Shown here: piece after piece, positions 46,356 to 56,621 of the stretch
Numbering within the stretch: position 1 is the stretch's first letter
How the letters are laid out: every line of letters begins with the position of its first letter
Virus record (IMG/VR): IMGVR_UViG_3300043409_001318
Location: 120,353-184,352 of that record
Length of the DNA: 64,000 nucleotides
Source: a virus
Strand: one strand, 5' to 3'
Notes under the pieces: generated by a model
The model's input: only the letters and a program-made list of their open reading frames with translations
What the model was told of the DNA's origin: nothing
Databases searched by the model: none
Made by a program: the position numbers and the translations under genes

Positions 46356-48113
46356 ATGTCTATTATAGAAAAGTTAACAGAGGGCATGGTTCACCGTGAC
46401 CTCGCAAGAGAAGGAACAGCCCTTCTTAAGAAATGGGAAAAAACAGGTCTTCTTGAAGGTATTCGTACAGAAAGATCACAACACACAATGGCTCGTCTTC
46501 TTGAAAACCAAGCAAAAGAGCTTCTTCGTGAGTCAAACTCAATGGCTGGTGGCGATGTAGAAGGTTTTGCAGCAGTTGCATTCCCAATAGTTCGCAGAGT
46601 ATTCGCTGGTCTTATAGCCAACGATTTAGTTTCAGTTCAACCAATGTCACTTCCATCCGGTCTTATCTTCTTCCTTGACTTCAAAGTTTCGGACAGCAAC
46701 GGTGCTCCAAGACTTGGTTATGGCGCAAATGATTCACTTTATGGTGGTGGCGTTCTTGGTCAACAAATCACTGGTGGTGTTTCACTAACTGGTGCAAATG
46801 CTGAGAAAGGCTTCTACAATATGAATAATGGTTATTCATCAGCAACAGGTTCAGCCGTTATCGCAACAACTATAGTTGCTTCTGGTTCGGTAACCGATGG
46901 TGGTATTCCAGTATTCGATGGTGGAACTGCTGCTTACACCGCTCTTTCAAGTCTTCTTCGTTTTGACGCAGACCTTGTAAGCGGATCAAACTTTGCTGCT
47001 GCAACTATTACACTTGCTTCACTTACTGGTGCTCAATTTAACGGTAGAGATTTCGTAGCAGTTTCTTTCGTTACAGCAAGCTCGGGCTTACCATCAATTA
47101 CTGATGGTCGTTTGGTTCGTCGTCTTACAAGAATTGACCCACTAGACTCAACAAAAGTGCTTGTTGTTGTTGAAGCTGCTGCCGGTGAGTCCGCTACTAC
47201 ACTTAAAACTGCACTTGATAACGTAGTTCAATGTACCTTCCCAATTACTGATGCTTTCGGTACATCAGTAGCTGCTGGTTCAACCAACGCTCTTGGTGCA
47301 ATTGCTGGACAATCAACTTGGGGTCTTGAAGGCAACTCAAACATTCCAGAAATTGATATAAGAATTGACTCAGTATCGATTACTGCTGTCACCAAGAAAA
47401 TGAAAGCAAAATGGACACCAGAACTTGGTCAAGACCTTAATGCTTATCACAATCTTGATGCAGAAGTTGAACTTACTTCAATTCTTTCGGAACAAATTGG
47501 TCTTGAAATCGACCGTGAAATTCTTGAAGACCTTATCAAAGGTGCAACTGCTGGTTCGTTCTACTGGTCAAGATCACCCGGTTTATTCGTAAATCGTGTA
47601 ACTGGTGTTGAAGTTGGTGCATCAACCAAAGCTCCAGACTTCACTGGTACTGTGTCACAATGGTATGAAACCCTCATTGAAACAATCAATGATGTATCAG
47701 CCCAAATCCACAGAAAGACACTTCGCGGTGGTGCAAACTTCATCGTATGTGGTCCAGAAACCGCTAACATTCTTGAATTCACTTCTGGCTTTAGAGCCAA
47801 AGTAACTCACGAAGACGAGAAGGGTGAAATTGGAGCAGTTAACGTTGGTTCAATCTCCAAGAAGTTTGACGTTTACGTTGATCCATACTTCCTTCGTAAT
47901 GTAATTCTAATTGGTCGTAAGGGTAGTTCATTCCTTGAGTCTGGCTATGTATACGCACCATACGTTCCATTACAAGTAACTCCTACCATCTTTGGTACTG
48001 ACGATTTCGTCCCACGCAAAGGTGTTATGACACGTTACGCTAAGAAAATGGTTAAGCCAGATATGTACGGCTTGGTCATTATTCGTGGTCTTCTTGGCGA
48101 AAGCGGTTCTTGA
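46356..48113 (+). CDS. gp23: Major capsid protein (T4 gp23-like)
   Basis: KKWEKTGLLEG, PIVRRVF, VSVQPMSLPSGLIF, AKWTPELGQDLNAYHNLDAEVEL, YAPYVPLQ, GVMTRYA. Confidence 0.97.
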   Translation: MSIIEKLTEGMVHRDLAREGTALLKKWEKTGLLEGIRTERSQHTMARLLENQAKELLRESNSMAGGDVEGFAAVAFPIVRRVFAGLIANDLVSVQPMSLPSGLIFFLDFKVSDSNGAPRLGYGANDSLYGGGVLGQQITGGVSLTGANAEKGFYNMNNGYSSATGSAVIATTIVASGSVTDGGIPVFDGGTAAYTALSSLLRFDADLVSGSNFAAATITLASLTGAQFNGRDFVAVSFVTASSGLPSITDGRLVRRLTRIDPLDSTKVLVVVEAAAGESATTLKTALDNVVQCTFPITDAFGTSVAAGSTNALGAIAGQSTWGLEGNSNIPEIDIRIDSVSITAVTKKMKAKWTPELGQDLNAYHNLDAEVELTSILSEQIGLEIDREILEDLIKGATAGSFYWSRSPGLFVNRVTGVEVGASTKAPDFTGTVSQWYETLIETINDVSAQIHRKTLRGGANFIVCGPETANILEFTSGFRAKVTHEDEKGEIGAVNVGSISKKFDVYVDPYFLRNVILIGRKGSSFLESGYVYAPYVPLQVTPTIFGTDDFVPRKGVMTRYAKKMVKPDMYGLVIIRGLLGESGS

Positions 48114-48136
48114 TAGTATAGCCTAATTAGGCAAAG

Positions 48137-48175
48137 AATCCCCCCTCTCCGAAAGGATTGGGGGGTTTTCTTTTG
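48137..48175 (+). terminator. Intrinsic terminator after the major capsid gene
   Basis: AATCCCCCC..TCC-GAAA-GGA..GGGGGGTT then TTCTTTT. Confidence 0.85.
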
Positions 48176-48229
48176 TTTCAATACTATTTAATAATGCAAT
48201 TGGTATTTATCCAATAGGAGGGTTTTAAA

Positions 48230-48646
48230 ATGGGTTCTAAATTTAGCGTAGCAAGAATGAGAAAAGAGCTTGCTGCTCAAACTATGACAAGCGTTTCTAC
48301 AAGTGGTGATTCAACAGTTGGTGGCGGATTAGTTTTATCAGATGTAGCCTCAGCAAATTTAACTGCTGATGGCTCTAGCGTTAATGATTCAGTAGCATTA
48401 GTAAACCATGTAACTAATGTTTCTGGTACTGCTAATACTGGTGTTAAACTTCCAACAGATGCAACTTCTGGTGAGGTTTACATCGTTTCAAACGTAGGAA
48501 CAGCAAACGTTTTAGTTTATGCAACTGGCTCAAACACTCTAAATGGTTTAGTTTCTACAACTGGTTTGATTTTATCAGCAAGTTGTGGTGGTATGGTTGT
48601 AAAGGCTGGAACTAACAATTGGGCTTTCATCTACTCCAAAGTTTAA
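48230..48646 (+). CDS. Putative capsid decoration protein with the shared beta domain
   Basis: GGAGG SD; GVKLPTDATSGEVYIVSN...LNG; lies after the MCP between two terminators. Confidence 0.55.
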   Translation: MGSKFSVARMRKELAAQTMTSVSTSGDSTVGGGLVLSDVASANLTADGSSVNDSVALVNHVTNVSGTANTGVKLPTDATSGEVYIVSNVGTANVLVYATGSNTLNGLVSTTGLILSASCGGMVVKAGTNNWAFIYSKV

Positions 48647-48664
48647 TATAACTTAGCTATTATT

Positions 48665-48696
48665 GAAGCCCTCCTTAATTGGAGGGTTTCTTTTTT
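48665..48696 (+). terminator. Intrinsic terminator
   Basis: GAAGCCCTCC-TTAATT-GGAGGGTTTC then TTTTTT. Confidence 0.85.
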
Positions 48697-48730
48697 AGAA
48701 ACTACTTATTGTAAAAGGAAATAATATTTA

Positions 48731-50020
48731 ATGGCAGTTCCTGTTTTAACTCCTGCTTCTACTTTAAGTGCTATTGTATTACCATCAGCAGGAAATCTGG
48801 TAGATGTAGCAGCAACTTTACCCTTTGGTATATATGCTTCCTCACAAGCGTTTCTAACGGGTGCAGTTGACCAAGTAGGATATGTATATAAAAAGCTTGG
48901 CGGTGATGTATTAGATATTGAAATAACAACAGGAAATGTATACGCTGCTTATGAAGAAGCTGTATTAGAATATTCTTATATTGTTAATTTACATCAAGCA
49001 ATTAACGCTATGCCAACTTTTCTTGGAGCAGCAACAGGAACATTTAATAGTGATGGAGAGTTTACTTCTGGTTCAGCATTAGCAGGTCAAAATCCTCAAT
49101 TAGCTTATCCAAGATATAACTTAGATTACTTTTCAAGATACGGTGATGCTTTTTCACTTGAAGCTGGTATAGGTTCAACACAGCAAATATATTCAGCTTC
49201 CTTCAGTGTTACTCCAAGTATTCAAGATTATGATTTACAAACTATTATTGAATCATCTTCTTTAAGTAACGTAGATGAAGCAAGTGGTGGTCCTGTTCCT
49301 TATTCTGGTTCAGTTGGAAACAAAAGAGTAATAATAAGAAAAGTATTTTATAAAACTCCAAATTCAATGTGGAGATTTTTTGGTTACTATGGTGGCTTAA
49401 ATGCTATCGGTAATTTATCTTCATACGGTCAATACGCAGATGATAGCACATTTGAAGTAATCCCAACATGGCACAATAAATTACAAGCTATGGCTTATGA
49501 AACAGCAATCTATACAAGAAATTCTCACTTCTCTTATGAGATTAAAAATAATAAAGTTAGATTATTCCCATGCCCAAGTGATATAGGTGTAGATCATATG
49601 TGGGTTGAATTTAGTATATCAAACGAATCAAACCCTTGGGAAACAACTTCAAATTCAAGTGACTCACAAACTGGTGGGGTTAATAACATAAACACACTTC
49701 CCTTCTCCAATATACCATATGAAAATATAAACGCAATAGGCAAACAATGGATAAGAAGATATGCTTTAGCAGTATGTAAAGAAATGTTAGCACAAGTAAG
49801 ATCTAAATTCTCAACACTTCCAATTCCGGGTGATTCAGTTACCTTAAATGGTCCTGCTCTTATGTCCGAAGCAAAAGAAGAAAAGAAAGAATTGAAAGAA
49901 GAATTAAATAAGATTCTTGATCAAGTAACTTATCATAAGATTGCTGAGACAGAAGCTAAAATGTCTGACGATGTTCAAAAGGTTTCTCAAAAGATTCCTG
50001 TTCTTATATATACAGGATGA
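48731..50020 (+). CDS. gp13: Neck protein (T4 gp13-like adaptor)
   Basis: YKKLGGDVLDIEI; WIRRYALAVCKEMLAQVRSKF; VTLNGPAL. Confidence 0.75.
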   Translation: MAVPVLTPASTLSAIVLPSAGNLVDVAATLPFGIYASSQAFLTGAVDQVGYVYKKLGGDVLDIEITTGNVYAAYEEAVLEYSYIVNLHQAINAMPTFLGAATGTFNSDGEFTSGSALAGQNPQLAYPRYNLDYFSRYGDAFSLEAGIGSTQQIYSASFSVTPSIQDYDLQTIIESSSLSNVDEASGGPVPYSGSVGNKRVIIRKVFYKTPNSMWRFFGYYGGLNAIGNLSSYGQYADDSTFEVIPTWHNKLQAMAYETAIYTRNSHFSYEIKNNKVRLFPCPSDIGVDHMWVEFSISNESNPWETTSNSSDSQTGGVNNINTLPFSNIPYENINAIGKQWIRRYALAVCKEMLAQVRSKFSTLPIPGDSVTLNGPALMSEAKEEKKELKEELNKILDQVTYHKIAETEAKMSDDVQKVSQKIPVLIYTG

Positions 50021-50025
50021 TATAA

Positions 50026-50940
50026 ATGAGTGAAACACTACAAGAAATAACTTTTGAATCATCTACCATAGAAACAGTTGATTTTGCTGTCTATAATTGG
50101 TTAGATGAAAAAATGAATGTTTATGCTACTACCTCTGAGGGATGGAAAAAAGTTCCTGTTATTTGGGTGTCAGCAGAAAGAGCACACCAAATTAAATCAG
50201 ATAAAGATATTCGTGATTCATCTGGCATGATTAAATATCCTATTATATCTATTGAAAGAACATCTATGAATAAAGATATAAATAAGAAAGGTTCTGTTCC
50301 AGCAAACATAAGAAATGTAAATGATGAAAAGGGCGGAACAATAACAATAGCAAGAACAATTCAACAAGAAAAAACATCTAATTTTGAGAACGCAACATTA
50401 AATAAATATGTTGGAGGAAACGAAGATATTAGAAGAGCCATTGAAAGAAACAGAAGAAATGGTAATAAAAAAGGATTATTTGAATTAAGAGATCAAAGAT
50501 CAATATCTGGAAGCAAAACAGTATATGAAACAATAACAATTCCTATACCTATACACGTTACTATAACTTATTCAATATTTATTAAAACAGATTACGTTCA
50601 ACAAATGAATGAAATATTGGCACCATTTTTAACAAAGAATGGTAATACAAGGTCTATAATATTACATAACGAAAATCATAGATTTGAAGCATTTATGAAT
50701 GGTGATATAACACAAGACAGTAATTACCTAAGCCTTAACGAAGAAAGAAAAACATATGGTTCAAAGATTATGTTAGAAGTTTTAGGTAAACTTATTGGTG
50801 GTGATAGTAATGAAGATAAACCAAAAATTGTTAGAAGAGAAAATGCTGTTGAAATTAAGTTTCCAAGAGAGAAAGTAATACTTCAAGACGAGATTGAAGA
50901 ATTAGATTCAAATAAAAATAAACGTTATTACAGAGAATAA
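50026..50940 (+). CDS. gp15: Tail terminator/completion protein (T4 gp15-like)
   Basis: VPVIWVSAER, KYPIISIER, PIHVTITYSI, QMNEIL; position before the sheath. Confidence 0.7.
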   Translation: MSETLQEITFESSTIETVDFAVYNWLDEKMNVYATTSEGWKKVPVIWVSAERAHQIKSDKDIRDSSGMIKYPIISIERTSMNKDINKKGSVPANIRNVNDEKGGTITIARTIQQEKTSNFENATLNKYVGGNEDIRRAIERNRRNGNKKGLFELRDQRSISGSKTVYETITIPIPIHVTITYSIFIKTDYVQQMNEILAPFLTKNGNTRSIILHNENHRFEAFMNGDITQDSNYLSLNEERKTYGSKIMLEVLGKLIGGDSNEDKPKIVRRENAVEIKFPREKVILQDEIEELDSNKNKRYYRE

Positions 50941-50960
50941 TGCTTTTTGCTCCTTATATT

Positions 50961-50968
50961 ACTACTTA
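50961..50968 (+). promoter_or_regulatory. Putative late promoter of the sheath gene
   Basis: ACTACTTA upstream of a GAGGGAG SD and ATG 51008. Confidence 0.6.
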
Positions 50969-51007
50969 TTTATGATTATATAAATCCATTAAGAGGGAGT
51001 GAAAATA

Positions 51008-53863
51008 ATGTCCGTATCAAGTTTCAAGTTTGTATCCCCCGGCGTATTTGTTAAAGAGTTTGATAACTCACAAATCACAGCCACACCAGCAGGAGTTGGT
51101 CCAACAATTATCGGTCGTCTAGAAAGAGGACCAGCTATGCGTCCAGTTCGTATTGGTTCTATGTCACAGTTTGTTGAAATCTTTGGCAATCCAGTAGCTG
51201 GTAGAGTTTCAAATGATGCTTGGAGAAATGGTAATTACTCCGCTCCAACTTATGCTGCCTATGCTATTCAAGCTTGGTTAAGAAATACTCCATCAGTAAA
51301 CGTTGTTAGATTACTTGGAACACAACACACAAACGCAACCGATGCTGGTAAAGCTGGTTGGGATTTGGCTGCTCCTACTGGATCTGCTGGTGGTTCTTAT
51401 GGGTTGTTCTTGGTTAATTCTGGTTCAACTAATTTAACTGGTACTCTTGCTGCTGTTTGGTATCTTACTACTGGTTCAATCGCTCTTTCCGGCACATTAG
51501 CAGGTGGCTTACCAACTGATACTGCTGAAGGTTCAAATGCTTTGTTTAGATCAAATGATGTAAATGGAGAATTCAAAGCTGTAGTGTTTGATGGTTCTGG
51601 TGCTCAAACTTTCAAAACCTCATTTAACTTTAATGCTGATAGTAATAAATATATTAGAGACGTATTCAATACAAATCCAGTATTAACAAATAACGCAATT
51701 ACATATAGTAATTTGAAAACGCATTGGCTTGGTGAGACATTTGACCGTTCAGTAGCCGAACATGTTACCTGTTTAACAGGTTCTGGAACAGTCTACGGCT
51801 TTATCGCTCCATTAGCAAGTGGTTCACTACACGGTGGTAATTACCGTACTGGTATGCAAAAATCAAAAACTGGTTTTGTATTTGGTCAAGATCTTGGATT
51901 TAATAATGCAACCTATAACCCAGCAAATATGCCACAATTATTTAGATTTGTTACAGTCGATTCTGGCGAGTGGGAATCAAAAAATCTTAAGATTTCAATT
52001 GTAGATATTAAAGGTCCAAGAAATCCACAATTTGAAGAATATGGTACATTCTCTGTTGAAATTAGAAGAGCAGAAGATCTTGATGTAGTTCCAAAAATTG
52101 TTGAAAGATTTACAAACCTTAACCTCAATCCAGCTTCTGAAAACTATATTGCCAGAAGAATTGGTGATCGTTTCATCGAATGGAATGATAATGAGAAGAG
52201 ATACAGAGAATTTGGTAATTATTCAAATCTTTCTAAATATGTTTATGTAGAAATGAACGCACAAGTTGATAATGGTACAGCAGATCAACAACTTGTTCCA
52301 TTTGGTTTCATAGGCCCAGCAAGATTTAAGAAAGTACAAGTATTAGGTACTGGTTCAACAGATACACCTTCAAATACTTTTGTTAAAGCAATTGGCGCAC
52401 AGAATATTGCTGGTGCCAATAAATTTTTAAAGATTACAGGTAGTATCTCGGCTTCATTTGACGCACAATTCTTATTCCCAGCACCAGCTTTAAGAGTATC
52501 AGCAGCAGCAGAAGGTCTTTCAGATTTAACTAAAGCTTACTTTGGTTTTGATGTTACAACAAAAGCTAACAAAACACAAACAGACAAATCATATGTAGAT
52601 TATGTAAGAATGACTACAGCAGATTATTCAACTTATGATGCTGGAATTGCCGACACAAATAGAGAAATTTCATTTTACTTCACATTAGATGATCTTTCTG
52701 GTTCATCAAATGGTGCAGTATATGTTTCTGGTTCAAGAGTATTGGGTACTTCAATGACCGCTACTGGTGCCTCAAGTTCCTTTGGTTCTATATTTACATC
52801 AGCAAGTTACGAATCAGTTCTTAACGCTGGTTACAACAGATTCACTATGCCATTAGTTGGTGGTTTTGATGGTGTTGATATTACAGAAGCAGATCCATTT
52901 AGAAATTCAGTCTTCAATACCATAACTCCAACTGAAACAACAAGCTATGAATATTATACACTTCGTAGAGCAGTTGATACAGTAGCAGATCCAGAAACAA
53001 TCGTAACTGATATTATTTCAATTCCCGGTATAACATATGCTGGTATTACAAATCACGTTATCGCAACTGCTGAAAATCGTGCTGACTGTATGGCTATTAT
53101 TGATCTTCCAAATGTTTATACCCCAGATCACGAAGCTGCAAACGTTACAACCGCAAATCGTCTTGGTGATGGTGTTGACCAAGTTGTTAATACTCTTAAA
53201 GGAAGAGGTATAAACTCAAGTTATGCCGCAACCTATTACCCTTGGGTTCAAATCAGAGATACTATCAATAATCAAAATGTATGGGTTCCACCTTCGGTTG
53301 TAGCCATTGGTGCTCTTTCTTACGGTCAAGCAACACAAGAACTTTGGTTTGCCCCAGCAGGGTTCACCAGAGGCGGATTAAGTGAAGGTCGTGGTGGTAT
53401 TCCAGTATTGTCTGTATCACAACGTCTCAATTCAAGAGAACGTGATTTACTTTACGAAGCCAACATTAATCCTATCGCACAATTCCCAGCAGAAGGTATA
53501 GTAATCTTTGGTCAAAAGACACTTCAAGTTACTCCATCTGCTCTTGATAGAATTAACGTTCGTAGATTGATGATTTACTTGAAGAGAGAAATTTCAATTA
53601 TTGCTTCAAGATTACTCTTCGATCAAAATGTAAGTTCAACTTGGGGAAGATTTAAGTCACAAGTTGAACCATTCCTCAATAGTGTTAAAACAAGATTGGG
53701 TGTAACTGAATATAGATTAATTCTTGATTCAACAACAACAACACCAGATCTAATCGATAGAAATATACTTTACGCTAGAATTTACTTGAAGCCAGCTAGA
53801 TCAATTGAATTCATCGCAATTGATTTTAATATTTCAAGTTCTGGTGCATCATTTGCAGATTAA
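51008..53863 (+). CDS. gp18: Contractile tail sheath protein
   Basis: FVSPGVFVKEFD, YYPWVQ, VPPS, WFAPAGFTRGGL, INPIAQFP, GQKTLQ, ALDRINVRRL. Confidence 0.95.
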   Translation: MSVSSFKFVSPGVFVKEFDNSQITATPAGVGPTIIGRLERGPAMRPVRIGSMSQFVEIFGNPVAGRVSNDAWRNGNYSAPTYAAYAIQAWLRNTPSVNVVRLLGTQHTNATDAGKAGWDLAAPTGSAGGSYGLFLVNSGSTNLTGTLAAVWYLTTGSIALSGTLAGGLPTDTAEGSNALFRSNDVNGEFKAVVFDGSGAQTFKTSFNFNADSNKYIRDVFNTNPVLTNNAITYSNLKTHWLGETFDRSVAEHVTCLTGSGTVYGFIAPLASGSLHGGNYRTGMQKSKTGFVFGQDLGFNNATYNPANMPQLFRFVTVDSGEWESKNLKISIVDIKGPRNPQFEEYGTFSVEIRRAEDLDVVPKIVERFTNLNLNPASENYIARRIGDRFIEWNDNEKRYREFGNYSNLSKYVYVEMNAQVDNGTADQQLVPFGFIGPARFKKVQVLGTGSTDTPSNTFVKAIGAQNIAGANKFLKITGSISASFDAQFLFPAPALRVSAAAEGLSDLTKAYFGFDVTTKANKTQTDKSYVDYVRMTTADYSTYDAGIADTNREISFYFTLDDLSGSSNGAVYVSGSRVLGTSMTATGASSSFGSIFTSASYESVLNAGYNRFTMPLVGGFDGVDITEADPFRNSVFNTITPTETTSYEYYTLRRAVDTVADPETIVTDIISIPGITYAGITNHVIATAENRADCMAIIDLPNVYTPDHEAANVTTANRLGDGVDQVVNTLKGRGINSSYAATYYPWVQIRDTINNQNVWVPPSVVAIGALSYGQATQELWFAPAGFTRGGLSEGRGGIPVLSVSQRLNSRERDLLYEANINPIAQFPAEGIVIFGQKTLQVTPSALDRINVRRLMIYLKREISIIASRLLFDQNVSSTWGRFKSQVEPFLNSVKTRLGVTEYRLILDSTTTTPDLIDRNILYARIYLKPARSIEFIAIDFNISSSGASFAD

Positions 53864-53896
53864 TACTAATTATAGTATACTAGGAGAAAATAAGTA

Positions 53897-54559
53897 ATGG
53901 CAACATTTTGGAGTTCAGCAAACGTAGAACCAAAAAGAAAGTTTAAGTTTTTGGTAAGATTTAACCCAACAAATATAGCATATGATATACCGTCATTTGT
54001 TGTAAAGAAGGTTGATAAACCCGGATTTACAATTACAGAAACTAAACATACTTTCTTAGGTCACAACTTCTTTTTTCCCGGTAAATTAGAATGGAAAGAA
54101 ATTAGTATGTCCATAGTAGACCCTGCCGGAACTGGTTTAAAGGGTGTAGGTGGTACTGAAATACCAATTAACGAGGCAGCACCAGATATGTCTTATAGAT
54201 TAGTAGAAATTTTAGGTCTATTTGGGTATCAATCACCAATAAACGTTGGTAATGCTTTGAATGGTGGTCCCGGTGGTTCTGGTGATGTTAATGTTTCTGC
54301 TGGTGGAACAAGAATTAAATCTTTTTCAAAAGCGGGTTCTGTTGCTGCCTCCGGTAACATAGAAATATTACAGATAGATGATGATGGTAATGTTGTTGAA
54401 ATTTGGGCATTAAAAAATGCTTGGATCAAAGATATTCAATTTGGCTCAAATGATTATAGTTCAGACGATGCACAAGAAGTTACTATTAAATTTAGATACG
54501 ATTGGGCAGAATTTACAGGCGGTCCAGAAGTTAAACCTGCTAGTTACGCAAAAACTTAA
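53897..54559 (+). CDS. gp19: Tail tube protein (T4 gp19-like)
   Basis: EPKRKFKFLV, KVDKPGFTI, PGKLEWKEI, WALKNAWIK..FGSNDYSSDD, IKFRYDWA. Confidence 0.9.
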   Translation: MATFWSSANVEPKRKFKFLVRFNPTNIAYDIPSFVVKKVDKPGFTITETKHTFLGHNFFFPGKLEWKEISMSIVDPAGTGLKGVGGTEIPINEAAPDMSYRLVEILGLFGYQSPINVGNALNGGPGGSGDVNVSAGGTRIKSFSKAGSVAASGNIEILQIDDDGNVVEIWALKNAWIKDIQFGSNDYSSDDAQEVTIKFRYDWAEFTGGPEVKPASYAKT

Positions 54560-54588
54560 TAATATTTATATAATCACTATTTAGTTAT

Positions 54589-55701
54589 ATGCCACAAGAT
54601 AATTTTAAAACTGATAGAGCGTATTTTTGGAGCAATTCATACGTCCACCCAAAAGCCAAATCCAAGTTCTTAGTTGAATTTGGATCTGGCATTTTTAATA
54701 CCAATTTTAATGGTAAATATGAATGGTTAGTTAAATCAGCAAATAGACCAAAATATTCTGCTGAATATGAAGATTTTAAAAATTCAATATCATATGCAAC
54801 AACATCCGTTATACCTAAAGTTTGGAACTGGGAACCAATAACTATAAAGTTTGTAAACCCATTTAGTTTAACATTTTGGCCTAGAGACTTAACACAAGAT
54901 TTAGATGAAATGTTATCTAACTTAGCTCAAGGTATGATTAAAAGAGGAACACCGAGAACGGCTCCAGCGCAGCCAACCGCGCCACGCACGACCGAGCAAC
55001 AGGACGCGGCGGAATCCGAGGGTGCTAAATTTGATGCAAGTGCAGTACAACGTGAGAATGAATCAGCACTAAGTCCAATAGTTAAAGAATATTTTGGTTC
55101 ATCAATTAAATTACATGATGTATCTATGGGTTTTCAATCTCCAAAGTTAGGAACTGGTGGTGATCAAGATTCAAATATTAATGGAGTAACACAATATAAT
55201 GATACAAACAACCCTACTATACGTCCAGAAGAATTAAGATTAGGAAAAATGTATTCAAATGGATATTGGGAACTTTATAATCCTTGGATAACCAAATTAG
55301 ATTTTGGAGATTTTGATTATTCAGTTGATGAATTTATTGAAATATCAATAACATTTAAATATCAAAATGCTATATACTTCTCTAAACTAAGAGAAGATCA
55401 ATTTGGTAACGATGTATCTAATCAAGCGTTAAAACTGCCTCCAAGTGATAAGCAAAGAATGAAAAATATAGAAAGAGATGTTGCTGTAGCAAGAAATTCT
55501 GGTGTGTTACAATTCTTAGAAAATCCAAATAATGAAGCAACAAAATTATTAAATTCTCCATCACCACAATTTGAAGGAGCTTTAACTAATCCTGTTCCTA
55601 AATCTTCATACTCTACTTTCTTTTCTAATCGTTCTAATAGTTCAATTCCTTTAGAATACGAAGCAGATAAGATAATTTCAGATCCAAAAAGAGCAAAATA
55701 A
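54589..55701 (+). CDS. Second tail-tube-fold protein (paralog) with insertions
   Basis: HPKAKSKFLVEF, KSANRPK, WEPITIKF, WELYNPWITKLDFGDFDYS, ITFKYQNA parallel the tube motifs. Confidence 0.7.
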   Translation: MPQDNFKTDRAYFWSNSYVHPKAKSKFLVEFGSGIFNTNFNGKYEWLVKSANRPKYSAEYEDFKNSISYATTSVIPKVWNWEPITIKFVNPFSLTFWPRDLTQDLDEMLSNLAQGMIKRGTPRTAPAQPTAPRTTEQQDAAESEGAKFDASAVQRENESALSPIVKEYFGSSIKLHDVSMGFQSPKLGTGGDQDSNINGVTQYNDTNNPTIRPEELRLGKMYSNGYWELYNPWITKLDFGDFDYSVDEFIEISITFKYQNAIYFSKLREDQFGNDVSNQALKLPPSDKQRMKNIERDVAVARNSGVLQFLENPNNEATKLLNSPSPQFEGALTNPVPKSSYSTFFSNRSNSSIPLEYEADKIISDPKRAK

Positions 55702-55757
55702 TTTGACTTTTAAATAAAATGTATTATATTACTAATTAATTAAGCATAGAGGTAAAA

Positions 55758-56621
55758 ATGCGTAACAATGAGGACAGGTTTGGTGGTTCATTAGATAATC
55801 AAGAAACACCAATTCCTGCTATGACACAACAACAGACAGAAACATTTTCATATATAACTCCAAAAGAACTTATAGATATTCCTTCAAAGGGTTTATATTA
55901 TCCACCAGAGCATCCCCTTCATATGAAAGAAAGTATAGAAATTCGTCATATGACAGCAAAAGATGAAGATACATTAACATCACGTTCCTTACTTAAAAAA
56001 GGTATTGCGGTTGATAAAATGTTAAATGATATTATTACAGACAAATCAATCAAAGTAGAAAATTTATTAATTGGAGATAAGAACGCTTTAATTATTGCTT
56101 CTCGTATTTCTGGTTATGGCGCAGAATATGAAACAAAAATTACATGCCCTTCTTGTAATGCCCCAATTCAACATTCATTTGATTTGAACGATCAACAAAT
56201 GGCTTATCCAATCCCAGAAGAAGAACTACAAAAGTTAGGTATTAATATAACTTCAAATAAGAACTTTACTTTAACCCTTCCTCTTTCAAAACTTAATATT
56301 GAAGCAAAATTTCTTAACGGAATAGATGAAAGAAACATCATTGAAAAAACTCAAGACAATCAAAAGCATAATCTTCCAGAAAATGCTATGACTCAACAAA
56401 TTAAATACTTTGTTGTTTCGATTAATGGTGAAACAGATAGAAGAAAGATAAATCAATTTATTGATAATATGCCAGCAAAAGATTCAAAATACCTTAGAAA
56501 AGTATATAAGAATATAAACCCAAACGTCTCTATGGAACAACAATTCACTTGTCCTTCCTGTGAATTCCAAGAGACAATGGAGGTTCCGTTTACCTCGGAC
56601 TTTTTTTGGCCTAAACGATAA
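55758..56621 (+). CDS. Tail assembly chaperone / T4 gp26-like protein (gpG equivalent)
   Basis: LPSKG-like IPSKGLYY, MTAKDEDTL, two CPSC motifs, ends FFWP; sits between tube and tape measure. Confidence 0.75.
   Translation: MRNNEDRFGGSLDNQETPIPAMTQQQTETFSYITPKELIDIPSKGLYYPPEHPLHMKESIEIRHMTAKDEDTLTSRSLLKKGIAVDKMLNDIITDKSIKVENLLIGDKNALIIASRISGYGAEYETKITCPSCNAPIQHSFDLNDQQMAYPIPEEELQKLGINITSNKNFTLTLPLSKLNIEAKFLNGIDERNIIEKTQDNQKHNLPENAMTQQIKYFVVSINGETDRRKINQFIDNMPAKDSKYLRKVYKNINPNVSMEQQFTCPSCEFQETMEVPFTSDFFWPKR

Noticed and set aside
28085-53863. Inteins or introns in terminase, portal, capsid or sheath
   Set aside because: No C/S...HN intein ends, homing-endonuclease motifs or frame breaks; extra length looks like ordinary insertion domains.
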